Source: a virus
Lineage: Duplodnaviria; Heunggongvirae; Uroviricota; Caudoviricetes
Direction: 5' to 3' (one strand)
Virus record (IMG/VR): IMGVR_UViG_2579778538_000002
Length of the DNA stretch: 33,753 bases
In this document: in pieces, positions 17,680 through 25,151 of the stretch
How positions within the stretch are numbered: position 1 is the first letter of the stretch
How the letters are laid out: each line of letters begins with the position of its first letter
Made by a program: the position numbers and the translations under genes
Notes under the pieces: generated by a model
Databases searched by the model: none
What the model was told of the DNA's origin: nothing
Seen by the model: the letters and a program-made list of their open reading frames with translations, nothing else

Positions 17680-19274
17680 CAGAATCCCTCCAGCATACGG
17701 GCCGCCTGACGACGACGGCGTGAGCTTGCCTTCACCGGCCCTTTGTTAATTTCACGGCTGGCGAAATACGCCAGCGCCAGTGCGATGGCTGAATCCCCGT
17801 GGCGTTTACCACCGTCAGCCTTTGCTTTTGAGCGTTGCTCCGGTACGCGGGGGACACCGTTCACCACCTGAACGGCCCGCAGGTCATCCAGTGTGTCTTC
17901 ATCCTTTGGTAAGTCCACCAGGTTGCCGTCTTCCAGTGCAGCTTTGACCGGAGGCATATGCTCCCGGTACCAGCCTTCGGTTGGCATCACCTGCTGAACC
18001 CGGCCGGAGCCGTAGCGCTGCATGGCGTATTCAGCCAGATAGGCACCATTACCACGGGCATCAAACGCTGCACCCAGCAGACCGGGCAGGCCATCCATCA
18101 GATACCAGGTGATTTGCTCCTGCTGTCTGAACGGCACGTTACGCAGCTCCAGTACGAATGGCACGCGTCGTACCAGGTTCTTCTCCTGCAGCAGGGGATA
18201 GTCCACCGACAAATCACCGCTACGGCCAAAGTCGCGCCCCAGGAAAGAGCGGGCATCAGTGGGGAGTGCCTCCAGCAATGGTTTCAGATACTCATCAAGC
18301 CAGTCCTGCGTCTCGCGGAAGCGAACCTCATCAGACAGCAGTTCATAACCTTCCTTGCAGGTCAGACGCAATACCGGCGTATCAGCGGACATGCGGGACT
18401 CTATCAGGGCACGGGACAGCCAGGCACCGCCACCGTTGGCCGGAATACAGTCAAGCTCTTCGGATGCGCCGGCACCGTAGAATTTGTACACCGATGCCAT
18501 CCAGGCCTGCTCGGATGCCTCCGACCATTCCTTCCCGGTGCGCAGACAGACGCGCCGGAACAGCCCCTCAGATACGGCTTCCCGGAAAGTGATGCGATGT
18601 ATGCTGCCTCCCTGACGTCCGGCACGGATATCCCCGATAAGCGTATTGAACGGATTGTCGTCACCGTCATGGGTGGAGATAACGCGTACCTTTCCCCCCC
18701 AGATAAGCATCGCCAGCGCCGCTTTCAGCAGTTCGTCCAGTTGCTCATGGAACGCCGCTTCGTCGATAACAATAATACCCTGACGGCCACGCAGGTTAGA
18801 CGGGCGGCTGGAGAGCGCAACAATACGAAAGCCGGAGTCAGGAAATTTGATGGTGTAAGTCTTGATGTGTTTGTCGTCGTCGTCCTCTTCCCAGAATCCT
18901 TCTTCAATTTCACTGGCCGCATAGTTGAATGCCCGTGCCCACATCGCACACGCCTGAATGTATTCGACGGTCATGTCCTGGTTATAAGCGATGTAATACA
19001 CATTCATCCCGCCTGCTGGCGCAGAAGAGGCGGCGGTCAGTACGTTATCGGATGCCTCAGCCCATGTAATACCGGTACGACGGCTCTTTTCTATCACCTT
19101 AAGCGGAGAGGTGTCTGCCACCCAGCGCTGCTGGTAAGGCAACAGAACGGGAGGGGCATCCAGCGCCGAGGTATCAGGCAAAACGGGAGCAAGGTTATTC
19201 CTCCCGTCCATGGGACTCATCCCTTCGGGGCCGCCGCCAGCGGCGTTTAAAATCACTCCGGATGATTTTGTCAT
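17679..19274 (-). CDS. terminase large subunit (Mu gp28-like)
   Basis: 531 aa; N-terminal ATPase-like and C-terminal nuclease-like regions; start overlaps small-subunit stop. Confidence 0.8.
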   Translation of the reverse strand: MTKSSGVILNAAGGGPEGMSPMDGRNNLAPVLPDTSALDAPPVLLPYQQRWVADTSPLKVIEKSRRTGITWAEASDNVLTAASSAPAGGMNVYYIAYNQDMTVEYIQACAMWARAFNYAASEIEEGFWEEDDDDKHIKTYTIKFPDSGFRIVALSSRPSNLRGRQGIIVIDEAAFHEQLDELLKAALAMLIWGGKVRVISTHDGDDNPFNTLIGDIRAGRQGGSIHRITFREAVSEGLFRRVCLRTGKEWSEASEQAWMASVYKFYGAGASEELDCIPANGGGAWLSRALIESRMSADTPVLRLTCKEGYELLSDEVRFRETQDWLDEYLKPLLEALPTDARSFLGRDFGRSGDLSVDYPLLQEKNLVRRVPFVLELRNVPFRQQEQITWYLMDGLPGLLGAAFDARGNGAYLAEYAMQRYGSGRVQQVMPTEGWYREHMPPVKAALEDGNLVDLPKDEDTLDDLRAVQVVNGVPRVPEQRSKAKADGGKRHGDSAIALALAYFASREINKGPVKASSRRRRQAARMLEGF

Positions 19275-19816
19275 GTGGCAATCCCCAGAATCTCGCGACG
19301 AAGCGCCTGTACTGCGTCGCTTGACAGTCCCCCCTTACGGGCAATTTTCTCGGCGTTGCTGGCTGCCTGCTGCGCTCTGGCCCGTACTTCAGACTGGAAC
19401 TTTTTGAGGTTGACGGACGCGCGGGACAGCGTAGCCACATTCTTCGCCACCTTCGACAGCAGGGCCACGCGTTCTTTAGGATCGACTTCGCCTTCTTCCG
19501 CCTCCTGCAACTGGACAATACTCTCGAACAGCTCGGTCTGAATAAGGGCTATCACAGCCTCCGAACGCGCATCCTGATCGTCTGCTGCGCCTTCGGTCAG
19601 CATGCGGGCCGCTTCTGTTGCCGCACGGATAGCACCATAGCGGCGCTCAATCTTCTGTCCATAGCGATGGATAGCGGATTTGCTGATGACGTACCCCCGC
19701 TCACGCAACAGTGACTCCAGCTCGTTATACCCGCTGAAGCCGGATTCAGTCAGCGCCCGTTCAAGCCAGCGGCGCACGTCTTCCGGCAGCTTTTCTATTG
19801 TGCTGCGTCTGGCCAT
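19271..19816 (-). CDS. terminase small subunit (Mu gp27-like)
   Basis: 181 aa, immediately upstream of the large terminase gene; N-terminal DNA-binding-like region and helical C-terminus. Confidence 0.6.
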   Translation of the reverse strand: MARRSTIEKLPEDVRRWLERALTESGFSGYNELESLLRERGYVISKSAIHRYGQKIERRYGAIRAATEAARMLTEGAADDQDARSEAVIALIQTELFESIVQLQEAEEGEVDPKERVALLSKVAKNVATLSRASVNLKKFQSEVRARAQQAASNAEKIARKGGLSSDAVQALRREILGIAT

Positions 19817-20127
19817 TATTCACTCCAGTACTTTTCCGGGCGGGCAATACCCGGACCACATTCCACGGTGTATTCCACCAGGTCTACGCCGAGGCGGGTC
19901 AGGTCAGCAAACCAGTCGCCAGAAGGTTTTTTCTCCAGCTCAACCATTTTACGGTCAGCCAGATAATCCAGTTCGCGGCGCAGTTCCAGCGGTGTGGTGT
20001 CCGGGTAGATGGCACGGGACACATCCAGCAGCAGCGTCTCGCTGGCGGTGTAAGGGCGGGTCTTGTTCAGGGCAACCAGCAGACTCCAGCGCAGGGATTC
20101 GCGGCGTACCCGGGTAATATCGACCAT
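19816..20127 (-). CDS. hypothetical protein (Mu gp26-position)
   Basis: 103 aa ORF between lysis cassette and terminase genes; ATGA-type overlap with neighbours. Confidence 0.45.
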   Translation of the reverse strand: MVDITRVRRESLRWSLLVALNKTRPYTASETLLLDVSRAIYPDTTPLELRRELDYLADRKMVELEKKPSGDWFADLTRLGVDLVEYTVECGPGIARPEKYWSE

Positions 20128-20453
20128 TATTGACCTCCGGTATTGCGGTACTGCTGTACCACTTCCAGTTTGTTATAAAGCGCGTCCAGTTTGGCCTCAA
20201 TGACTGTCTGGCCACGGATATAATCCTCTCGACGGACATAATTCAGCGGTAAATCCGCTTTAAATCGCATAAATTCTTTTTCCAGCTCGCCCCAGTTGGA
20301 GGCGGATTGTTGCAGGGCCTGTTCAAGGGAGGCGAATCGTGCCGCCTGGCGTTCTTCTGTTTTACTGAACAACCATTTGGCGAGCCCTCCCACAAACCTC
20401 ATGAAGGTGAGCAGAAAACTCACCACCGTCCAGAATTCAACCTGCAGTGTCAT
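20127..20453 (-). CDS. membrane protein with one N-terminal TMD (Mu gp25 'releasin'-position)
   Basis: 108 aa; hydrophobic stretch FWTVVSFLLTFMRFVGGLAKWLF then helical region; located right after the spanins. Confidence 0.45.
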   Translation of the reverse strand: MTLQVEFWTVVSFLLTFMRFVGGLAKWLFSKTEERQAARFASLEQALQQSASNWGELEKEFMRFKADLPLNYVRREDYIRGQTVIEAKLDALYNKLEVVQQYRNTGGQ

Positions 20454-21100
20454 TTCTGTAATCCTTCCCGTTCATCCAGCAGCGCGTTTATCTGGTTCCG
20501 CCAGCGACGACATTGCCATGCGTTGTCGATGATGTTGGCGAGAACGTCACGCTGGGAGACACCCGAATCGCGTAACCGGGTGTCAGTGGTTTCAGGTTGC
20601 CCGGTCGCTGTGCCAGAGCGGGTGCCAGTGGCGGCAACTGAGTCTGAATGACCGGTGTCGACGGATGCGTTGTCATATCCGAGTGCGGCGTTGTACTGGC
20701 GCACGAAACCGCGAGTAAACACGCACTCAATGGGATGACTCTTACCTTTTTCATCAATCCAGCGCTGTGTGACATCGTTAATTTGCCCCTGTAGTTGTTT
20801 GTTCCGGCTCTCCAGTTGAGCAATCTGCTCAAGATAACCGGCTTCAGCCCGCTGCCCGGCGGCCACCTGCTCCTGATACCGTCTGGCCCAGGCCCGCAGC
20901 GCAGCATTCTCAAGCGTTGCCTGCTCCGTTTTGTACGCGTCAAATGCTGACTGCAACTGACTTAGCGCGGTATCACCGTCACGCTTTGCAGAGTCATGAC
21001 CACTTCTGTATCCCATGGCATACAGGCCGACCAGAAAGGCATTGATAAGAATGGCCAGCAGAATGCCGCGCCACGGCAGCTTTTTAACCAGATGCCACAC
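20450..21100 (-). CDS. i-spanin (Rz-like inner-membrane spanin)
   Basis: Positively charged N-terminus then TMD (LPWRGILLAILINAFLVGLYAMGY), then long helical periplasmic region; an out-of-frame lipoprotein gene is nested inside. Track ORF starts at 21202; GTG near 21100 with GGGGAGG Shine-Dalgarno is the more plausible start. Confidence 0.55.
   Translation of the reverse strand: MWHLVKKLPWRGILLAILINAFLVGLYAMGYRSGHDSAKRDGDTALSQLQSAFDAYKTEQATLENAALRAWARRYQEQVAAGQRAEAGYLEQIAQLESRNKQLQGQINDVTQRWIDEKGKSHPIECVFTRGFVRQYNAALGYDNASVDTGHSDSVAATGTRSGTATGQPETTDTRLRDSGVSQRDVLANIIDNAWQCRRWRNQINALLDEREGLQK
20488..20754 (-). CDS. o-spanin (Rz1-like outer-membrane lipoprotein), nested in the i-spanin gene
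   Basis: Internal Met of track ORF 20488-20943: MKKVRVIPLSACLLAVSCASTTPHSD... has a lipoprotein signal (lipobox AVSC) and a Pro-rich mature part, entirely inside the i-spanin gene in another frame. Confidence 0.6.
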   Translation of the reverse strand: MKKVRVIPLSACLLAVSCASTTPHSDMTTHPSTPVIQTQLPPLAPALAQRPGNLKPLTPGYAIRVSPSVTFSPTSSTTHGNVVAGGTR

Positions 21101-21824
21101 AACTGCTGCCTCCCCATGTGAGATATCGCGGTGCCAGTTCGCGCAGGATGCGCTGCGGATAATGGCGGTTCTCCCGCCAGCTGGCCGCATTGCGTCCGGC
21201 ATTCACCGTGGCGACATGTCCGAACCAGCGGGTGCTGTCCAGACCTTTCTGTGATGCAAGCCGCCTGTCCCGTTGTACCCAGCCCAGACCACCGTTATAG
21301 CCCGACAGTGTCATGGCCATACGCTCGCAGTCACTGGCGGCGCTGACACGCTGCCACAGCCAGCGGTCATAGCTGACCAGCGCCCGGATAGCCCATGCCG
21401 GATTAAACGGCTCACGACTGCTCAGCATCGGTATCAACTGGCTTATCCAGTCGGCAGTGGCAGGCATGAACTGCGCCAGTCCCTGAGCGCCAGCCGGCGA
21501 GATCGCATCAGGTCGCCAGCCGCTTTCCTGATGCAGTTGCGCGGCGAAATCGGCCACCGGCGCAGACAGTCCCCATTCAAGCCGGGCATTACGGATCACA
21601 TCATCGCGATACTGCAGCGCAGCCTGCGGAGGTTGTGCTGCGCATGCCTGGCTGAAAAAGCCGCCACACCAGAGCAACATTGCGACAAAGAATACCCATG
21701 CCATATGAACCAGAAAGGTCCCGGCGCGGACTGACAGGCGTTCGGTTCTGATGAAGACCCGAAAGGCTTCGAAAGCCAGTTTCAGGGACATGCATACAAT
21801 CCAGGTGATCTGCGGCCAGTTCAT
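21084..21824 (-). CDS. endolysin, lytic transglycosylase (SLT domain) with N-terminal hydrophobic signal/SAR-like segment
   Basis: Catalytic-region signature QLHQESGW ... GAQGLAQFMPATA (E-S / GLMQ-type SLT motif); hydrophobic MAWVFFVAMLLWCGGFFSQA before the domain; true start may be an internal Met. Confidence 0.8.
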   Translation of the reverse strand: MNWPQITWIVCMSLKLAFEAFRVFIRTERLSVRAGTFLVHMAWVFFVAMLLWCGGFFSQACAAQPPQAALQYRDDVIRNARLEWGLSAPVADFAAQLHQESGWRPDAISPAGAQGLAQFMPATADWISQLIPMLSSREPFNPAWAIRALVSYDRWLWQRVSAASDCERMAMTLSGYNGGLGWVQRDRRLASQKGLDSTRWFGHVATVNAGRNAASWRENRHYPQRILRELAPRYLTWGGSSCVASG

Positions 21825-21826
21825 GA

Positions 21827-22177
21827 TTAAAGCCCCATCGCAACAGCCAGGCAGACCGCTGCAACAATCAGTGCACGGCGGATTAACGCAGCAGAAAACA
21901 CCAGGTGAAGGCCGGTCTGTACCGGGAAACGCCCTTCAGCCATCAGCCTGTCGTCATGTTTCAGGTACTGACCGGGACGGGCTTTGGGGAAGAGCGAACG
22001 GTCAAGCCAGTAACCCAGCACTGCTGCCAGCGTGATGAGTGCCAGCTTGTAGATCACAACAGGCAGCTGCTGTGGTGAGACCAGAGCGATGGTGCCCAGC
22101 AACAGCACTGAGGTCAGCAGCCAGCCGCTGAGGCGAGGTTTTTTAACAGGGGGAATGAATTTTTTCAGGTTTTTCAT
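21827..22177 (-). CDS. putative holin / small multi-TMD membrane protein
   Basis: Start moved to ATG at 22177 (AAGGAG 7 nt upstream); 116 aa with about three hydrophobic segments; first gene of lysis cassette directly upstream of the endolysin. Confidence 0.5.
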   Translation of the reverse strand: MKNLKKFIPPVKKPRLSGWLLTSVLLLGTIALVSPQQLPVVIYKLALITLAAVLGYWLDRSLFPKARPGQYLKHDDRLMAEGRFPVQTGLHLVFSAALIRRALIVAAVCLAVAMGL

Positions 22178-22196
22178 GTGTGTCTCCTTATCTGGT

Positions 22197-22235
22197 GGAG
22201 ACAGCATCACAAATACAGGGCGCGAAGGATTTTAA
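22197..22235 (-). promoter_or_regulatory. candidate activator-dependent late promoter upstream of the lysis cassette (same tripartite motif as upstream of gene I)
   Basis: Minus strand reads TTAAAATC-N9-CTGTATTT-N6-CTGTCTCC, ending about 20 nt before the holin ATG; in the divergent intergenic region 22178-22307. Confidence 0.4.
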
Positions 22236-22307
22236 AGCGCGTTAAGAGAGCCGGGGATACGGGATGTGCAGGATAAACGATGAATTATTCACAGAGGAGA
22301 ATACGAT

Positions 22308-23036
22308 ATGACGCAGACACTGAATCCGGTCATCACTGTCACCGTGTCCGGTCCTGTGGGCAGCGGTAAAAGTTACGTACTGGCGCGAATAGAGGAAGTG
22401 GTGAAACAGGAATTCGGAAACAGCGTCATTGTCGACGCCGCAGACGTGGACGGTGAGCGCCGTATGAGTGGGGATGATCTGAGCACATGGCAGAAACCAC
22501 GGGCTGGCACAGTGATCAGGCTGGAGGAATACACGGGACAGGGCCTGTTGTCATACGGCGAGGAGCGTATCTGTCGGACGAATGAGCTGCTGGATGTTAT
22601 ATGCCCCACGGGCCGGCAACCCTGGATACTGCCCGATGCACTGCATGCCACCATTGCGGCACTGATGACAGTTTACGATCAGGAGCTGCTCATGAAGGAG
22701 TTACGTAAACTCACTGGTCAGTCAACAGAATGTTGTTCGTCCCCGAAGTACGGCAAACAGGAACACATCCCGATTAACCAGCCTCCCCGGTTCTTCGACG
22801 AATACCTTCTGACACCGGAAAATAAAGCTGAGCATGAAGAGATCAAAGCGGCGTTGTTCCGGGAAATCAGGAAGATTGCTGAAATGCAACTGGAGGGCGG
22901 GCTGGACAGAGTGATGGCGAGAGGAGAATGGGCATCGCTGTTTGAAAGAGTTTCCCCGGAATTACTTCCCCTCGCACTGGCTATCGGGATTATGCAGACA
23001 GCGGATAAACCTCACTTACGTTCATTAAACACGTAA
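22308..23036 (+). CDS. P-loop NTPase, kinase-like (Walker A GPVGSGKS at residues 15-22), unknown function
   Basis: 242 aa with strong Shine-Dalgarno (GAGGAG) before ATG; N-terminal strand-P-loop-helix arrangement VITVTVSGPVGSGKSYVLARIEE and candidate Walker B SVIVDAAD; transcribed divergently from the late operon. Confidence 0.6.
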   Translation: MTQTLNPVITVTVSGPVGSGKSYVLARIEEVVKQEFGNSVIVDAADVDGERRMSGDDLSTWQKPRAGTVIRLEEYTGQGLLSYGEERICRTNELLDVICPTGRQPWILPDALHATIAALMTVYDQELLMKELRKLTGQSTECCSSPKYGKQEHIPINQPPRFFDEYLLTPENKAEHEEIKAALFREIRKIAEMQLEGGLDRVMARGEWASLFERVSPELLPLALAIGIMQTADKPHLRSLNT

Positions 23037-23416
23037 CGCATAATCCGGGATACGCATTCAGCGATGACTGCATTTTCACCGGTTTTTACTGCATCCAGAA
23101 GTGACTCTTTAAATGGTACGGGCCGGGGCTGCAGAAAGGTCGGCATGGCATTGAGCAGACAGAGCGTTTTTTCCGTGAGGACGACATCAGCCGCTCCCAC
23201 AGCCAGCAACTGAGAGTAACGAATATAGCTGTTATCCCGAAGCCATATCAGCGTATCAATAAAACACCGGCACTTTTTCTGGTCGTGATCAACCTGGTCC
23301 GGGATATCGAAAAAACCAGAATAAATCAAAACCTGAGGTGCCGGATGCGTGTTCAGTAATCGGCAGAATATTTTGCCGGTGAGTACATAAAAATCATCAT
23401 TTAAGGAGTGCATCAT
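23012..23416 (-). CDS. hypothetical protein (134 aa)
   Basis: ORF convergent with the P-loop gene (25-bp 3' overlap) and head-to-head with the 71-aa gene; AT-richer than the phage core; coding status uncertain. Confidence 0.4.
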   Translation of the reverse strand: MMHSLNDDFYVLTGKIFCRLLNTHPAPQVLIYSGFFDIPDQVDHDQKKCRCFIDTLIWLRDNSYIRYSQLLAVGAADVVLTEKTLCLLNAMPTFLQPRPVPFKESLLDAVKTGENAVIAECVSRIMRYVFNERK

Positions 23417-23630
23417 GAATCCCCGATTAACGTTAACAGAACATCAGCGCCGTGCTGAAGCAGTGAACAATGTTCTGGAAGATATTATCCGGTTATACCG
23501 CGGAGAACTGAGTGTCTGTCGTGCCGCTTTTCATTTTCAGGGAATACAAAAGCAGTTTGATACTTCTGTTTTTGCAGAAGGTATTACTTATGCCCTGGAC
23601 CGGATAAGGTCAGAAAATCGCCCCGGATAA
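23415..23630 (+). CDS. hypothetical protein (71 aa)
   Basis: ATG preceded by AAGGAG with 6-nt spacing; no recognisable motifs. Confidence 0.45.
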   Translation: MNPRLTLTEHQRRAEAVNNVLEDIIRLYRGELSVCRAAFHFQGIQKQFDTSVFAEGITYALDRIRSENRPG

Positions 23631-23820
23631 TCCCTAAACCACATTAACAGAAATCCCGCCATCCCTGCCGCATCATGAAAGAACGACCAGCCCGGCACCC
23701 GAAAGCCGGGCTGGTCATCGCCCCACAGGAATGCGCTGTGAGCCGACCAAGGTTCAGTCAGTCTCGCGAGACCTGACCAGACTGCCATATTTTTTAATAA
23801 TTGTAAAAGGCTTGCAGATT

Positions 23821-24585
23821 ATGAAAATGCAGACATTACCCATCGTGCCGTGGATTGGTGGCAAACGCCGCCTTGCAAAACACATTCTGCCGCTGTTTCC
23901 GGCGCATGAATGTTATGTGGAGCCGTTTTGTGGGGCAGCAGCGCTCTATTTTCTTAAGACACCCGGCAAGATCGAAGTCATCAATGATATCAACGGTGAA
24001 CTGGTGAATCTGTACCGGGTGGTAAAGCATCACCTGGAAGAATTTGTCCGCCAGTTCAAATGGGCGCTGGTCAGCCGTCAGATCTACAAATGGCTGCAGA
24101 TCACCCCGGAAGAAACACTGACGGATATCCAGCGTGCGGCACGGTTCTACTACCTTCAGAAGCAGGCGTTTGGCGGCAAGGTGGCAGAGCACAGCTTCGG
24201 TACCTCCACCACATCCCCGCCACGCTTCAACCTGCTACGTATTGAAGAAGAACTGTCAGCGGCACACCTGCGGCTTTCCAGAACAGTCATAGAACACATG
24301 GACTGGCAACAGTGCATTGAGCGTTATGATCGTCCGCACACGCTGTTCTACTGCGACCCACCGTACCTGGGTACGGAAGGCTATGGTGTGGATTTTCCTG
24401 AAGGGAACTACTCGCGGCTGGCAGAGCTGGCCCGGTGCATCAGAGGAAAAATGATAATTTCGGTGAACGACATCCCGCAGATGCGCGAGGTGTTCACTGG
24501 ACTGAACATACAGACAGTGAATATCAACTACAGTCTGGCGGGTAAACCCACGCCGCGCCGTGAACTGCTAATCTGCAACTTCTGA
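23821..24585 (+). CDS. DNA N6-adenine methyltransferase, Dam-like (D12 class), orphan
   Basis: N-terminal AdoMet-binding region WIGGKRR...YVEPFCGAAALYF and catalytic motif DPPY (FYCDPPYLGTEGYG) as in E. coli Dam; start set at internal ATG 23821 (MKMQTLPIV...). No restriction endonuclease candidate adjacent. Confidence 0.85.
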   Translation: MKMQTLPIVPWIGGKRRLAKHILPLFPAHECYVEPFCGAAALYFLKTPGKIEVINDINGELVNLYRVVKHHLEEFVRQFKWALVSRQIYKWLQITPEETLTDIQRAARFYYLQKQAFGGKVAEHSFGTSTTSPPRFNLLRIEEELSAAHLRLSRTVIEHMDWQQCIERYDRPHTLFYCDPPYLGTEGYGVDFPEGNYSRLAELARCIRGKMIISVNDIPQMREVFTGLNIQTVNINYSLAGKPTPRRELLICNF

Positions 24586-24616
24586 AACAAAACCGGAAAG
24601 CACAATGCTTTCCGGT
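24581..24616 (-). terminator. candidate intrinsic terminator downstream of the repressor gene (hairpin also abuts the Dam stop)
   Basis: 10-11 bp perfect stem ACCGGAAAGC-ACAAT-GCTTTCCGGT (about 24592-24616), followed on the minus strand by TTTGTTTC; no U-tract on the plus side. Confidence 0.45.
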
Positions 24617-24701
24617 AAACCAAACAACTTCCACTATGTCACTGGCGATGTTTTCTGAAAGCATCCAGATCAACCACCTGTCCTTTGTGTCCGGGTCAGT
24701 A

Positions 24702-25058
24702 TCAGCCTGCGATTTTTCCTGGTTTTGGCTGAGTATAGAATCGCCCAATCTCAAGAAATGAGCGTTGTTGGTCTGGTGTCATGTCGTCAAAAGTATCTAT
24801 TAGTTTTTGTTTTTCTGGGGAAATTTGATTCTGGTTTCTAGTCATACCATCTGTGCTCATTCCAGTGAGCAACCAATTTACATCAACATTAAACTCTTGA
24901 TGCATCTTTAACAGAAACTCCCCTCCAGGCATCGCCTTTCCATTTTCAATCTGACTGATACCACCATTAGAAATACCTAAACGAGCTGCAAATTCTCTCT
25001 GGTTCAACCCTGCTTTCTTCCTCACAGAAATAACGCGCTCTCCTATATCTTTGCTCAT
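24702..25058 (-). CDS. prophage repressor, XRE-family HTH (functional analogue of Mu c)
   Basis: N-terminal helix-turn-helix LNQREFAARLGISNGGISQIENGK; transcribed divergently from the early operon; start codon lies inside an operator half-site. Confidence 0.8.
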   Translation of the reverse strand: MSKDIGERVISVRKKAGLNQREFAARLGISNGGISQIENGKAMPGGEFLLKMHQEFNVDVNWLLTGMSTDGMTRNQNQISPEKQKLIDTFDDMTPDQQRSFLEIGRFYTQPKPGKIAG

Positions 25059-25104
25059 AAAAGTGAATCTCTATCTTGATATGCTCATAATTATGAGCAA
25101 TAAT
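25052..25104. promoter_or_regulatory. operator/early promoter region: perfect 18-bp palindrome TGCTCATAATTATGAGCA (25082-25099) plus a third half-site TGCTCATAA (25052-25060)
   Basis: The palindrome exactly fills the 17-bp spacer between a candidate -35 TTGATA (25076-25081) and -10 AATAAT (25099-25104) pointing into the early operon; the extra half-site overlaps the repressor start codon. Confidence 0.6.
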
Positions 25105-25151
25105 CTAACACATATAAGGCAAACATCATTGCATCAACAAAGGAGACAACG

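Noticed and set aside
17958-19250. Long plus-strand ORF (430 aa) and a nested 144-aa ORF antisense to the terminase large subunit gene
   Set aside because: Fully contained in, and antisense to, a minus-strand gene with clear terminase context; Arg/Gly/Pro-rich low-complexity translation with no RBS. This is the usual antisense shadow ORF of GC-rich coding DNA. The same reasoning applies to other plus-strand ORFs inside the late operon (for example 1662-2135, 3670-4224, 9116-9691, 10318-11202, 12829-13563, 15714-16319).
20754-20943. N-terminal 63 residues of track ORF 20488-20943 (MTRTKRSRQRLRMLRCGPG...)
   Set aside because: Only the part from the internal Met (MKKVRVIPLSAC...) has signal-peptide and lipobox features; the Arg-rich upstream extension is an open-frame artefact within the i-spanin gene.
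23677-23704. GC-rich hairpin CCAGCCCGG-(10 nt)-CCGGGCTGG between the 71-aa gene and the Dam gene
   Set aside because: Considered as an intrinsic terminator, but there is no U-rich tract on either side, so it is not called; it could still be an RNA stability element or protein-binding site.
24524-24754. Minus-strand 76-aa ORF spanning the Dam stop and the terminator hairpin
   Set aside because: Overlaps the 3' end of the Dam gene and an inverted-repeat terminator, has no RBS and a low-complexity translation; most likely non-coding.
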